DNA of 42,605 nt from a virus (taxonomy: Duplodnaviria; Caudoviricetes): positions 1-42,605 of the IMG/VR virus record IMGVR_UViG_3300045285_000090. One strand, written 5' to 3'. The notes beneath the pieces are model-generated. The model was not told the DNA's origin and did no database searches. It was given only the letters and a program-made list of their open reading frames with translations. Shown here one piece after another: positions 6,400 to 16,183 of the stretch. The position numbers and the translations under genes are program-made. Numbering within the stretch: the first letter of the stretch is position 1; the number at the start of each line of letters is the position of its first letter.

Positions 6400-7889
6400 T
6401 CGCCGCCACCTCCGCCGGAGTCACTCGTCGAGCCGTCCTGGATCCGGTCACAGATCACGTGCATCGTGCCGTTGCCCGGCGGGTCCCCCTCGATCGAGTC
6501 GACCACGGCTCGGATGAAGTCGCCGCGCTCGAGGGTCCCGTTGACCACGTTGTTGGAGTGGCCATCGTGTTCACCGTCATCGACCTTGGGCATCTTCGCG
6601 TTGTCGCCGTCGAAGACGAAGGTCGATCCGTTGATCTTCACGTCGAACCGTGTGGGCGCGCCTCCGCCGGCCTTGTGGTTGAAGGCGACGGTCACGCGCC
6701 GGATCTCGTAGTCGTCGTCGGAACGGTCGGGGATGGGGTAGACGCCCTCGGACACATCCCCGATGAACGTGAACGTGAAGACGTGACGATGCCACGCGGG
6801 CCGCCGGCCGGTCGGGGTCGCGTCCGGGTCGTCGTTGCTCCCGGGCGCCGTCGCCGGTATCCACGCTGAGCTCGAGCGGTGGTCCGAGACGTTCTTGACT
6901 CGGCCGTAGAACCGCGTGTCCTCGCTGAAGTCGGGAACGTCCAGCCGGAAGAAGTGGTGGTGATGGTGGTTGTGGCGGCTCTTGCGAACGAGGCCCCAGT
7001 GGACGAGGCCGGTCCCGTCGAGGGACAGGTTGATCGGCGAGAGGTCATCGGCGTCGACCAGCTTGAACGTATGGGTCGTCTTCGAGTCGACGAGGTAGAG
7101 CTTCCAGGGCTTCACGCCGAGTGGGAGGGCCGAGAAGATGTTGGCGATCAGGTTCGACTCGTCCACGTTGTCCTGGCTCACCATGACCGGGTCGCCGTCG
7201 TTGAACCCGTGCGACGTCACCGTGAACTTGTCGTCGCTCGCCGTGGCGGTGAAAGCCTTGACCGGGCCGAAGTCCTCGTTCGTCCAGAGCTCGGCGATCG
7301 AGTGGGCGACCCGCTCGTCGAAGAGCTCGTCGTCGTGATCGTCCGGACGCGAGTGCCACTTCAGCCGGATCCCGTGGGAGGCGCGAAGGATCCGCACGTC
7401 GTTCGGCGCCGGCGGCGCGTCCTCCGGCGTCCCGATGACGAAGTAGTCAGACCACTCCGCCTTGCACGACTTCGAGGTCGCGCGCACGTGGTACCGGTAG
7501 GCGAGTCGGCCGTGGATGTGGTGGATCGTGATGTGGACCTTGTCGTTCGGGTCGCCATCGTCCTTGGCCGGCACCTTGTGCCGCGAGCTCGTGAACCAGT
7601 CGGTCCCGTTGCCCGAGATCTCGAGCTCGACGTCGTAGCCGTTGACGTTCAGCGGAAAGCCGTCCGAGTCGACGTTGACCTCGACCCAGTGCAGGTCCGC
7701 CTTCCAGTGGTTATGGCGCTTGTGGCCGTGGTGGCGGTTGAAGACGCCGTTCAGCTCGGTCGCAGAGTCCAGCTGGCGAGGAGCGTGCGGGCACGGGTTG
7801 TGTACGTGCACCTTGTGGTGCCGGCGGTGACGATGGCCCTTCGTCCGCTCGCGGCCCTGTTCGTTGCCGTGGAACTTCTGGGTCGTCAT
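6396..7889 (-). CDS. His-rich minor tail protein with Fn3-like domains
   Basis: GYDVE...YRYHVRA...EWS...PPAP...LKW Fn3 pattern; located in the tail tip module. Confidence 0.7.
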   Translation of the reverse strand: MTTQKFHGNEQGRERTKGHRHRRHHKVHVHNPCPHAPRQLDSATELNGVFNRHHGHKRHNHWKADLHWVEVNVDSDGFPLNVNGYDVELEISGNGTDWFTSSRHKVPAKDDGDPNDKVHITIHHIHGRLAYRYHVRATSKSCKAEWSDYFVIGTPEDAPPAPNDVRILRASHGIRLKWHSRPDDHDDELFDERVAHSIAELWTNEDFGPVKAFTATASDDKFTVTSHGFNDGDPVMVSQDNVDESNLIANIFSALPLGVKPWKLYLVDSKTTHTFKLVDADDLSPINLSLDGTGLVHWGLVRKSRHNHHHHHFFRLDVPDFSEDTRFYGRVKNVSDHRSSSAWIPATAPGSNDDPDATPTGRRPAWHRHVFTFTFIGDVSEGVYPIPDRSDDDYEIRRVTVAFNHKAGGGAPTRFDVKINGSTFVFDGDNAKMPKVDDGEHDGHSNNVVNGTLERGDFIRAVVDSIEGDPPGNGTMHVICDRIQDGSTSDSGGGGGD

Positions 7890-8986
7890 GAGCCGAGCTC
7901 ACCGTCCTCGGAGTAGACGACGGTGACGAAGGTGTGCTCGTCGTCGTCGGGGAGCAGGACCGTCACGCCTATCTCCTCCACACGAACGACCGAGTCGAGC
8001 TCCCAGCCCGGGCGAGGCGACTGCCGGGTCACGAGGTCACCCACGTCGTAGTCGTCCAGCGACGGGCCCTCGGACAGGCGGTAGGTGAGCTGCGAGCCCA
8101 CGATCGCGGTGGGAGACAGCAACCCGCGGGCGACCTCGAAGGCGTCCTCGGCCTGATCGGAGTTCGCTTGGTCGAAGTCCTCCAGGAGGCCGTAGAGGTC
8201 GCGGGCCGCAACGTCGACGTCTTCCTCCAGGGCGGGATCGCAGTCGCCTTCGGCGAGCCCCACGCCGCGCGTGACGATCTGGCCAGCGTCGATCTCGTAG
8301 TCGCTCTGCGCGTCGAGGTAGACGGTTCCCGCCAGGATGATCGAGCTCGAGAGGTCCGAGCCGCGAGCGGGGTTGAAGGTGACGAGCTCGCGGTCGGAGG
8401 GATCCGACAGCGTCGGTGTGAGCGCCCAGTCCAGACCGTTCGAGAGCTCGGAGAAGTCGTCGAACACGTCGGCCAGGAACAGGCCGTCCTCCGGGCAGTA
8501 CCAGCGCCGGCGGGTGAGAGAGTCCCCGATGTGGGCCCCGTCGGTGATCCCGAGGTCCCCACCGAGCTCGGCCTGCGTGCGCGAGACCAGGTCCCTGAGG
8601 ATCTCCTCCTGGAACAGCCCGTACTCGGTGTTGATGTTGGTCGGAAACTCACTCTCGGGCTCGTAGCGGACCTGCCACCGCACGAGGCGATGGGCGAGGA
8701 TCCCGGCGATCCCCTCCCCGGTCACGAGTGCCTGCTGCTTGGGGTAGGCGGGGTCGACCTTCGCGTTCCAGAACCGGCCGCCGAACCGCTCGGTCGAGTC
8801 CTGGTAGATCCGGACGTCGGTCAGGCCCGGCTCGATGTCGGCGCGCGCGGTGCTCGCGAACTTCACCGGGCACGCGATCGACCCTGGCCCGTTCAAGACG
8901 TGGCGGAAGTTCAGGCCGCTCGCCCAGGACAGATCGTGGACCCGCTCAGAACCGTCGAGGTCGCTCGTCTGGACGCGCCACGTCAC
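7886..8986 (-). CDS. Minor tail protein (siphovirus hub, Gp37-like)
   Basis: Directly after the tape measure gene; LNGPGS and YDVGDLV motifs; acidic. Confidence 0.7.
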   Translation of the reverse strand: MTWRVQTSDLDGSERVHDLSWASGLNFRHVLNGPGSIACPVKFASTARADIEPGLTDVRIYQDSTERFGGRFWNAKVDPAYPKQQALVTGEGIAGILAHRLVRWQVRYEPESEFPTNINTEYGLFQEEILRDLVSRTQAELGGDLGITDGAHIGDSLTRRRWYCPEDGLFLADVFDDFSELSNGLDWALTPTLSDPSDRELVTFNPARGSDLSSSIILAGTVYLDAQSDYEIDAGQIVTRGVGLAEGDCDPALEEDVDVAARDLYGLLEDFDQANSDQAEDAFEVARGLLSPTAIVGSQLTYRLSEGPSLDDYDVGDLVTRQSPRPGWELDSVVRVEEIGVTVLLPDDDEHTFVTVVYSEDGELGS

Positions 8987-11900
8987 CAGTGGCCATCCAC
9001 GATCGTCTCGAAGTCCTGCGCGCGCCCAAACCGTCGAGCGTCGACGACGACCTCGACGCGCTGCTTCTGGAGCTCCTCACGGAAGGCCTTGTGGAAGGCC
9101 GCCTCGAGCCGGTCGTAGTCAATCGCGTCGGAGCCACGCAGCGCCACGGTCGCAGGGCTGGCCACCACTCCGCCGTCGTGCATCTGGTTCACGCGTTCGA
9201 GGAACCCGAGTCCGACGTGAGCCACGGCACTGCGCCGGACCACGAACTCGCCGCGCTGCAGCACCGCCGGGACCTCGTCGGAGGCGAGCCGACCGCCCGA
9301 GTGCATCCGTTTCACCATGCCGCCGGAGTGCAGCACCAGCCCGCCGGTGTGGTGGCGTTCGTGGCGGGTCACGATGATGTCGATCTGCTTGGAGCGGGGG
9401 AGGCCGTCCAGCTGCGAGCGCAGCGACTCGACCTGCGTCCGTGCGCCGTGATCGTTCAGGCGCACGTCGATGCCGAACTGCTTCTTGATCAGGATCTCGA
9501 GGAGAGTCCGGATGTCCTTGAGCGGGCCGATGATCGCGTTGGTCAGCTTGGTCGAGAAGCTGTCCGCCGCGGTCTCGGACTTCCCGAACGCCGTCACGAT
9601 CTGGTCCTGGAGCTTCTTCGGCGAGTCAGCGATCACCTGCGCGGCGAGCACGTCGCCCGACTGCAGAAGTGAGTTGGCGAGGTCTCTCGCGGCCTTGCCG
9701 CCCCTTTGCGAGATCTCTAGGAGGTTCTGACCGAACTGCTTGGTTTGGGCGGTCGCGGCCTGGAACGTGTGCAGGATATCGCTCGCGGTCAGGTGCGCCT
9801 GGTCCCGGAGCGCCTGAAGCTGGCCAGTGGTCAGGTTGCTCGTGTCGCCGGCGAGGGTTTGCTGGGCCTGGGTCACGGCCTGCTCGAGGGTCTGCAGCAT
9901 CGACGTCGAGAACGTGAGCGCGCTGCGCGCCTGATCCTCGAACGCCGACCGGGCTTGCTTGGCAGCCTCGATCTGTTGGTCAGCGAAGGCCTGCAGCGCC
10001 GCGGTCGTGTCGCCGCCTGCGGACACCGCCTGGTCGAACGCCGCCTGCGCGGCATCGGCAACCTGGCCGTAGCTCGTCGACATCGCGTCAAGGAGCGGGG
10101 ACGCCGCCTGGATCGCTGCGTTCAGTGGGGCCGCCGAGCTCTTCGCGCGGTCGTTGGCCTTGGCCGCGCGCTCCGTGGCACCAGCGAGTCCATCGACGGA
10201 AGCAGCCGTATCGCTGGAGGCCGCGCCGAGCTCCTGCACCGCCGGGATCAGATCGAAGTGCGTGTGGAGCCACTTGTTCGACGCGCCGATCACGTTGTTG
10301 ATCTGGCCGATGATCGCGTTGACGCCCTTGATGATGAGGTTCGCGGCTCCCTCGGTGAGGAACGCGACGAGCTGGATCACCTTGCCGAGTGCCTGGAACC
10401 CGATCGTGACGAGCTTCAGACCCGCAAGGACCGGACCGAGCGCGAGAAGGCCGATCATCACCGCGAGCGCCTTGCCGATGTCACCGAGGATCGGCAACAC
10501 CGGACCGAGCGCGATCCCGATCGAGCGGCCCAGATCGCCGAGCGACTTCCCGAGCTCCTGCAACGGTGGACCGAGTGCGGTGAACGAGCTCCGGACCTCA
10601 TCGATGATCGGCTTGATCAACGCGAAGGCCGACGCGCCGGCTCGCTTGATCGTCTCCCAGTTCTTGACGATGATCACGGTCGCCGCGACCACCGCGATCG
10701 CGATCGCGGCCACGACCAGCGCGACGGGACCGGCTTCGGCCGCGAGCGCGCTGGCCGATGCAGCGGCGGCCGCGAACCCACCTGAGGCTGAGGCGGCCTC
10801 CGCGCCGGCGGTCGCTGCACCCTTCCCGAGGGCCTTCGTCGCGACCTCGGCCGTGGTGGCCGCGGCGGCGACCCCGTTGGCTGCTGCACCAACTTCGGTG
10901 ACCGCAGCGGTCGTGTTCTCCGCGGCCTGCGGGACGTCGCCTCCGAGGGTCTTGGTCAGCGCGTCGATCGAGTTCGTGAGCGCGTCCACCCCGGCGGCAG
11001 CTCCATTGATCCCCACCCCGGAGGCGACCACGCTTGCGGTGGCCTTCGCGCCGGCGGGCGCGGTCAGACCGAGGGTCTCGATGACCTTGCCCCAGGTCTT
11101 GGCGAAGAACGACCCGACGAGCTCGGTGGCCGCGACCGCACCGGTAAGAATCGTGAATGCGATCGTCGAGGTCTTGATCGGGGTCGGGATCCTCGTGAAG
11201 AGCTCGACCGCCTTCGTCCCGATCTCGACCACCTTCGTCGCGACGGGGATGAAGACCTTGCCGATGGAGATGGACGCGCCTCGGAAGGCCTCGGAGAGGC
11301 CACGCTGCGCGAGCGTGAGCTCCTTGGCCGCGTTCAGATCATCCTGGCTCATGACGAGGCCGGCCTTGCGAGCTTCGTCGGCGAGCTGCGCGAGGCCGGC
11401 GCTCCCCTGCGAGAGGATCGGGATCAGGTCCTTGCCGGACTTCCCGAACACGTTCATCGCGAACGCCGCCTGCTCTTGGCCCTTCGGGAGCTGAGCGAAC
11501 CGGTCGCTCACCGCGGCCAGGACGTCGTCGAACGGAAGGAGGTTGCCTTGCGCATCGCGGACCGAGATCCCGTACTTCTCGAACCCCGTCGAGCCGTTGA
11601 CGATGTTCTTCGACAACGCGCCGAGGCCCGTCGCCAGCGAGGTGACCGAGATCCCGAGCTTCTCCGCTCCAGCCACGAGCACCGACGCGGACTCCGCGCT
11701 CTGACCGGTGACGCGCTGCAGGAGCCGGACCTCGCTCGCCCATTGTGTCGTGGCCGCGATGCCCTTCACGATCCCGGCGACCGCGAGTGCCCCAACAGCA
11801 ACGAAGGCTGGCGCCAGGGTCTTGAACCCTGACGCCAGCCCCGAGAACGAGCTCTGCATCTTGGATGCCGAGGCCTGCGTGGTCGCGGCCGTCTTGGACG

Positions 11901-12006
11901 CCGTCGCGTCGAACGTCTTCAGGGCGACGGTCGAGGTGCCGAGTCCGGACGTGAGGCCCTTTACATCCGCGTTGACCCGCACCCAGATCTCGGAGACGGT
12001 TGCCAT
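8983..12006 (-). CDS. Tape measure protein
   Basis: About 1007 aa, Ala-rich; VFGKSGKDLIPIL motif, TM-like segments, C-terminal HxGG and DEVPAVLQRGEFVV; RBS GGAGG before ATG 12006. Confidence 0.92.
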   Translation of the reverse strand: MATVSEIWVRVNADVKGLTSGLGTSTVALKTFDATASKTAATTQASASKMQSSFSGLASGFKTLAPAFVAVGALAVAGIVKGIAATTQWASEVRLLQRVTGQSAESASVLVAGAEKLGISVTSLATGLGALSKNIVNGSTGFEKYGISVRDAQGNLLPFDDVLAAVSDRFAQLPKGQEQAAFAMNVFGKSGKDLIPILSQGSAGLAQLADEARKAGLVMSQDDLNAAKELTLAQRGLSEAFRGASISIGKVFIPVATKVVEIGTKAVELFTRIPTPIKTSTIAFTILTGAVAATELVGSFFAKTWGKVIETLGLTAPAGAKATASVVASGVGINGAAAGVDALTNSIDALTKTLGGDVPQAAENTTAAVTEVGAAANGVAAAATTAEVATKALGKGAATAGAEAASASGGFAAAAASASALAAEAGPVALVVAAIAIAVVAATVIIVKNWETIKRAGASAFALIKPIIDEVRSSFTALGPPLQELGKSLGDLGRSIGIALGPVLPILGDIGKALAVMIGLLALGPVLAGLKLVTIGFQALGKVIQLVAFLTEGAANLIIKGVNAIIGQINNVIGASNKWLHTHFDLIPAVQELGAASSDTAASVDGLAGATERAAKANDRAKSSAAPLNAAIQAASPLLDAMSTSYGQVADAAQAAFDQAVSAGGDTTAALQAFADQQIEAAKQARSAFEDQARSALTFSTSMLQTLEQAVTQAQQTLAGDTSNLTTGQLQALRDQAHLTASDILHTFQAATAQTKQFGQNLLEISQRGGKAARDLANSLLQSGDVLAAQVIADSPKKLQDQIVTAFGKSETAADSFSTKLTNAIIGPLKDIRTLLEILIKKQFGIDVRLNDHGARTQVESLRSQLDGLPRSKQIDIIVTRHERHHTGGLVLHSGGMVKRMHSGGRLASDEVPAVLQRGEFVVRRSAVAHVGLGFLERVNQMHDGGVVASPATVALRGSDAIDYDRLEAAFHKAFREELQKQRVEVVVDARRFGRAQDFETIVDGHW

Positions 12007-12206
12007 CAGGCGTCCACCTCCTTGGGTGGCAGGATCGCGGCGAGCTTGTCGCCGATGTCCGGCTTGCTGGCGTCGATCCGCGTGTATGCGATCCACTCGG
12101 CGAGCTCAGCCGAGGAGACGGACCGCAGGAGCTCGGCGACAGGGCGCCCGAGAGCGAGTGCTAGGTCGAAGTAGAACCGTCGCTCTGGGCGCCGTCGGAG
12201 TTTCCC
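12006..12206 (-). other. -1 programmed frameshift (GGGAAAC at 12206-12200) and gpGT-like extension
   Basis: Slippery G GGA AAC; the -1 frame reads LRRRPERRFYFDLALALGRPVAELL...ELAEWIAY and ends at TGA 12008-12006, overlapping the TMP ATG. Confidence 0.88.
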
Positions 12207-12589
12207 TCGAGCTCCGCCACGTCGGTGTCGGTCAAGCCGTTCATCGACTGGCAGACCTCGAAGACGCGATCGAGCCCCTTCGCGGACTTCTGACCGAGCC
12301 GTTGGACCTGCGCGTCAGTGAACAGACGCTTGCCCGTCTCATCGACGATGCACAGGGAGCACAGACGCGCCCGGATCCCCTGCAGGTTCACCTGCGTGGT
12401 CTTGCCCCGCTGCGAGACGATGGAGTTCTCGTACTGGTCCCGCTGGTTGCCGGTGAGGCTCTTGAGGCGGATGGTGCCGCCCCACTCCGGGACCTCGAGG
12501 TCCATGTACCCCATGTCGTCGACGGCGAGGATCTCCTCGGCGGTGAGGTAGCTCGTCTTGGGTGGTGTGGCCATGGCGAGCTCGGTCAT
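12161..12589 (-). CDS. Tail assembly chaperone (gpG-like)
   Basis: Between tail tube and tape measure; VPEWGGTIRLKSLTG motif. Confidence 0.85.
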   Translation of the reverse strand: MTELAMATPPKTSYLTAEEILAVDDMGYMDLEVPEWGGTIRLKSLTGNQRDQYENSIVSQRGKTTQVNLQGIRARLCSLCIVDETGKRLFTDAQVQRLGQKSAKGLDRVFEVCQSMNGLTDTDVAELEGNSDGAQSDGSTST

Positions 12590-12987
12590 CAGGAGCTCGA
12601 GTGGGCCAACGTGCCGGTGAGCCGGAACGTGATGTCACACGTCTGCTCGGACTCCACGGGCGCGCTCATGTTGTACGCCTTCACCCACGCGTCCGCCGTC
12701 CACGGACCCTCACCGTTGGGACCGGTGATCGTCAGCGTGTCGACGAGCGTGGAGTCACCCTGGGCGTCGAGCAGCGAGCCGTGGTTCGCCTCGCTGTAGT
12801 TCACCTTGAACGGGAGCTCGCCGGGGTCACTCAGGGCCGCGATGAACTCCTTGAAGCCGATCGGTGAGGAGTGACTCGTCACGTCGAGTTCCTCGGACGC
12901 TGCGCCGAAGGTGAAGTCGCGGGCCTCGAGAATCTCCAGCGATCCCCATTGCAAGGTGTAGCCCTGGCCGATGGTTGCGTCGGTCAT
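12589..12987 (-). CDS. Major tail (tube) protein
   Basis: ELDVTSHSSPIGFKEFIAALSDPGEL motif typical of siphovirus tail tubes. Confidence 0.85.
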   Translation of the reverse strand: MTDATIGQGYTLQWGSLEILEARDFTFGAASEELDVTSHSSPIGFKEFIAALSDPGELPFKVNYSEANHGSLLDAQGDSTLVDTLTITGPNGEGPWTADAWVKAYNMSAPVESEQTCDITFRLTGTLAHSSS

Positions 12988-13054
12988 CGTCGATCCTTTC
13001 TGTGCGCTCGTGCTGCATCGCTCGTGCTCGTGCTACGCGGTCAGGGCTGCTCCC

Positions 13055-13444
13055 TCAGCTGGCCGCCTCGATCGCTGGGTCGAACCAGATCCGGACATCG
13101 ACGATCGCGCGAGGCAACGCCGGTGTCGGGTCGTAGGCCTCCCCCTCGTTGTCGACGAAGGAGTGGAAGTCGGGGGTACGGACGCTGTCGAAGGCGGCCG
13201 CCACTGCGCGGCGGACCTGCCGAGCTTCGGTCTCGGTCGCGCCCCAACAGCTGAACTCGAACCGGGGACCGCGAAGTCCTGGACCGTCGTGGGTCACCGT
13301 CGTGAGGGTCGAGATCCGGCGGTACACGATCAGCGGGTGCTTGGTCCCGTCAGGCTTGCGCACCGGGAAGATGCGGTCCTCGACGAGTGCGGCGACCGCG
13401 TCGTCGGTCTCCAGGTGCTCCACGAGGAGCTCCTCGATCGTCAC
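13055..13444 (-). CDS. Tail terminator/completion protein (DUF3168-like)
   Basis: VAALVEDRIFP...PLIVYRRIS; position before the tail tube. Confidence 0.8.
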   Translation of the reverse strand: MTIEELLVEHLETDDAVAALVEDRIFPVRKPDGTKHPLIVYRRISTLTTVTHDGPGLRGPRFEFSCWGATETEARQVRRAVAAAFDSVRTPDFHSFVDNEGEAYDPTPALPRAIVDVRIWFDPAIEAAS

Positions 13445-13785
13445 CCGAGCACCTTCACGATGACGTCCTGCACGGCACCGACGGCATCGCCGTGAGCGGC
13501 GTCGGCCGCCGGCCTCAGGAACGGCTCGTCGTCGGGTGAGAACTCGACGAAGACGGCGTGGTCCGTGCCGGCGATCACGTCGGCCTGACCGGTCTCACCA
13601 TCCAGGCGCGACTCGATGTGCAAGGAGTCCCGCAGATCTCCGGTGTCGACCGCCACTCGATCGAGCGCATCCGCGAGGATCGGCTCCGCTCCGGCCCGAG
13701 CGGCTGGCTCTGCGCTCACGAGCGCCTCGCCTTCCATCGTGACGAACCGTGCGATGGTCTGGGCGACCCCTTCGACGGTGATCAC
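13441..13785 (-). CDS. HK97 gp10-like neck protein
   Basis: VDTGDLRDS...VFVEF...PFLRPA motifs. Confidence 0.85.
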   Translation of the reverse strand: MITVEGVAQTIARFVTMEGEALVSAEPAARAGAEPILADALDRVAVDTGDLRDSLHIESRLDGETGQADVIAGTDHAVFVEFSPDDEPFLRPAADAAHGDAVGAVQDVIVKVLG

Positions 13786-14165
13786 GACTCCTCCTCGAGC
13801 TGCTCTTCGGGACGTTCCTCGACGATCAAGACGGTCCAGCCCGCATCGCCTGCCGCCTGGCCCCAGGAGTCGGCGACGACTCCTCGCACGTCGAAGACCT
13901 GATCGCCAACCAGGACGCGTGCGCCTTCGTTGGCCTCGGGGTGCCAGCCGTAGAGGATCAGCTTCTTCGTGCGGACATCGAAGGAACCGTCGCCGGTCCG
14001 GAGCTCCGTGTCGGTGTCCGGTGCCGAGAGCTGGGCCGGGACGTCCGTGGCGACATCGAGCCAGTCGTCGGAGACCGAGCCCTCGGTGTCGCGGGTCTTG
14101 GTGCTCGCCTGGATCGTCGCCGTGTCCGGGAACATGGCATCGACGGCCGACGGGCCGAAGATCAC
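13782..14165 (-). CDS. Head closure/stopper protein
   Basis: Synteny; beta-rich 127-aa ORF, coupled on both sides. Confidence 0.7.
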   Translation of the reverse strand: MIFGPSAVDAMFPDTATIQASTKTRDTEGSVSDDWLDVATDVPAQLSAPDTDTELRTGDGSFDVRTKKLILYGWHPEANEGARVLVGDQVFDVRGVVADSWGQAAGDAGWTVLIVEERPEEQLEEES

Positions 14166-14746
14166 ACGTGCTCCTTGGCGATCGCCTTGATCCCCGCGAG
14201 GATCTTCAACTCGTCCTTCGTCACATACAGGGGCGCGCCGTCGGCGCCGACGGCGGTCGTGTAGCTGTAGGGGCCCATCGTCTCGGAGGTCTTCAGCCCG
14301 CGGGCGTCGGTGAACCTGCGGGTCCCGATCGCGCAGACGACACCGACGATCTCGGGTGGGACCTCGGAGCTGCCGTGGTCATAGGTCACGAAGACAGTCG
14401 CCTCGGGTCCACCCCAGTCCTCGCCGATCGTGTTGATCACGAGCCCGCGCCGCGTGACGGTCGTGAGGCCGCTGAGGTCCTGGATCGTCGTGAACCCGGG
14501 GAGCTGGATCGACACCGCTGACAGACGCGTCGCCGGGCGCTCTGGCAGCCACAGACGCCGCGTCCAGTTGCCGCGGAGTTCGACCTCGTCGTCGACGACC
14601 TCGGTGAAGAACTGGCCGGCCTCGCGCCGGACGTAGCCCGAGACGACCTCGAGCACCTTCACCACGTGGAAGTCGCTCTCGTCGAACGAGACGCCGCGGT
14701 AGTCGGCGAAGGCCTGCGGGGTCACGAGGAGTTCGTCGGTCGCCAA
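14162..14746 (-). CDS. Head-to-tail connector/adaptor
   Basis: VTYDHG...VP..I..VV, SETMGPYS and LYVTKDELKIL motifs typical of actinophage adaptors. Confidence 0.8.
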   Translation of the reverse strand: MATDELLVTPQAFADYRGVSFDESDFHVVKVLEVVSGYVRREAGQFFTEVVDDEVELRGNWTRRLWLPERPATRLSAVSIQLPGFTTIQDLSGLTTVTRRGLVINTIGEDWGGPEATVFVTYDHGSSEVPPEIVGVVCAIGTRRFTDARGLKTSETMGPYSYTTAVGADGAPLYVTKDELKILAGIKAIAKEHV

Positions 14747-14755
14747 CGTCGCCTC

Positions 14756-16183
14756 CTAGTAGCCGCGGTTCGTGCGCTCAGCGCCGATGTGTGAGACCCA
14801 GGGCTCGCCGTTGCCGATGAACGCGAACCGGTAGCCGCGGTTGCGGACGAGCCGGGTGAACCGGGTCTCGCTGTTCGCGCTCGCCGGCCAGCCGATCCGG
14901 AGCAGCTTCCGCCGGTAGACGCAGGGGTTCGTCGTGAAGAACTTCCGGTGGACCAGATACCGGAGCTCCCCGCGGTGGTGATGGGTGTAGGCGTTCGGAT
15001 CCTCTTCGACGATCCCGCCCGCCTCGATCTCCGGGGGGAAGAAGGGCCCTCGGAGCAACGCTGCCTGCGCGACGCGCGGCTCGAGCTCGAGGATCTGGAT
15101 CAGGTCGTCGAGGTCCACGTCTCGATCGAAGACGAAGTCCTCCTCGAGGTGGAAGATGTACGGCGCTCCTGCGCCGTTCGCGTGGGCCTCCGCGCTCCAG
15201 GCCTTGCGGATCGCCTGCGTGAAGCCCGAGGGCGCCTCGGTGTTGTGCACGATGCTCCAGCCTCGGTAGGTCAGCTCGAGCCACCGTCCGAACGTCTCAT
15301 CGCCGCTGTCGTCGTAGATCGTCTTGCGCCGGATGTCGCCGGTGACGTGGGCGTCGAAACTCGCGAGCGTGCGCTCGAGATACTGCTGACGGCCGGCCGT
15401 CAAGACGATCACGTCGACGCCGCGTCCCTCGATTGCCCCGGGCAACTGCGGCCCGCTCGTCGGTGGCGGAGCGGTCTCCCCCGTCGGCTGGATCCAGCGC
15501 TCATGCTCGGCGCGCTCATCGAGGATCGGCCCGAGCGATGGCCAGCCGTTCCTCGCCGCCGCCACATACCGATCAGCGAGCGCCTGGCCTTGCTTCCACT
15601 CAGGCGTGCGTCGGGCGACTGGGAAGCTCGGGGCGTGCCAGAGGTGGTACGCCGTGCCGGGGAACTGATCGACCCCGCGGAGGGTCCTGAACGCATCGAA
15701 GGCGGCCACGTCTTCGTGGCCCCAACCGCGGAATCGCTCGTCGAACCCACCGACCTCAGCGAACAGGTCCCGAGGCATGATCCAGACGCGCGACGGGCAC
15801 ACCTTGCGCGTCTTGGCAAGGCTCCGCTGCCAGCCGTCGCAACCTTGAAGGAGCAGGCTCGTGCCGCGGGCGTTCAGATCAGCGCCGACCGTGTGGGGGA
15901 TCGTGAGCCGGCCCGAGTCCTTGCACGCCTCCAGGCCTGCGAGCACCTGCTCCGGGTCCTCCTCGAAGACGTCGGCGTCGATGATCACGAGGAACTTCCA
16001 GGGCCACGCGCGGCGAGCTCCCTCGTTGATGCACCACGAGCGGGAGAACGGTGCCGTCCCGGTGTGCTCGACCTCGAAGATCGGCCAGCCGAAGCGCTCC
16101 CACCATGGGCGGGCCCACCCCCAGGCCTTCTCGCGGTCCGGAACCCCGGGGCGCCATGGGACGACGATCGCGACGTCAGACAC
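14756..16183 (-). CDS. Bifunctional GT-A glycosyltransferase (two GT2/GT7-like domains)
   Basis: Domain 1: IVVPWR, IIDAD, GGFDERFRGWGHED, HLWH; domain 2: VIVLT, IYDD, HLEEDF, SHIG; GTG 16183 chosen as start. Confidence 0.85.
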   Translation of the reverse strand: MSDVAIVVPWRPGVPDREKAWGWARPWWERFGWPIFEVEHTGTAPFSRSWCINEGARRAWPWKFLVIIDADVFEEDPEQVLAGLEACKDSGRLTIPHTVGADLNARGTSLLLQGCDGWQRSLAKTRKVCPSRVWIMPRDLFAEVGGFDERFRGWGHEDVAAFDAFRTLRGVDQFPGTAYHLWHAPSFPVARRTPEWKQGQALADRYVAAARNGWPSLGPILDERAEHERWIQPTGETAPPPTSGPQLPGAIEGRGVDVIVLTAGRQQYLERTLASFDAHVTGDIRRKTIYDDSGDETFGRWLELTYRGWSIVHNTEAPSGFTQAIRKAWSAEAHANGAGAPYIFHLEEDFVFDRDVDLDDLIQILELEPRVAQAALLRGPFFPPEIEAGGIVEEDPNAYTHHHRGELRYLVHRKFFTTNPCVYRRKLLRIGWPASANSETRFTRLVRNRGYRFAFIGNGEPWVSHIGAERTNRGY

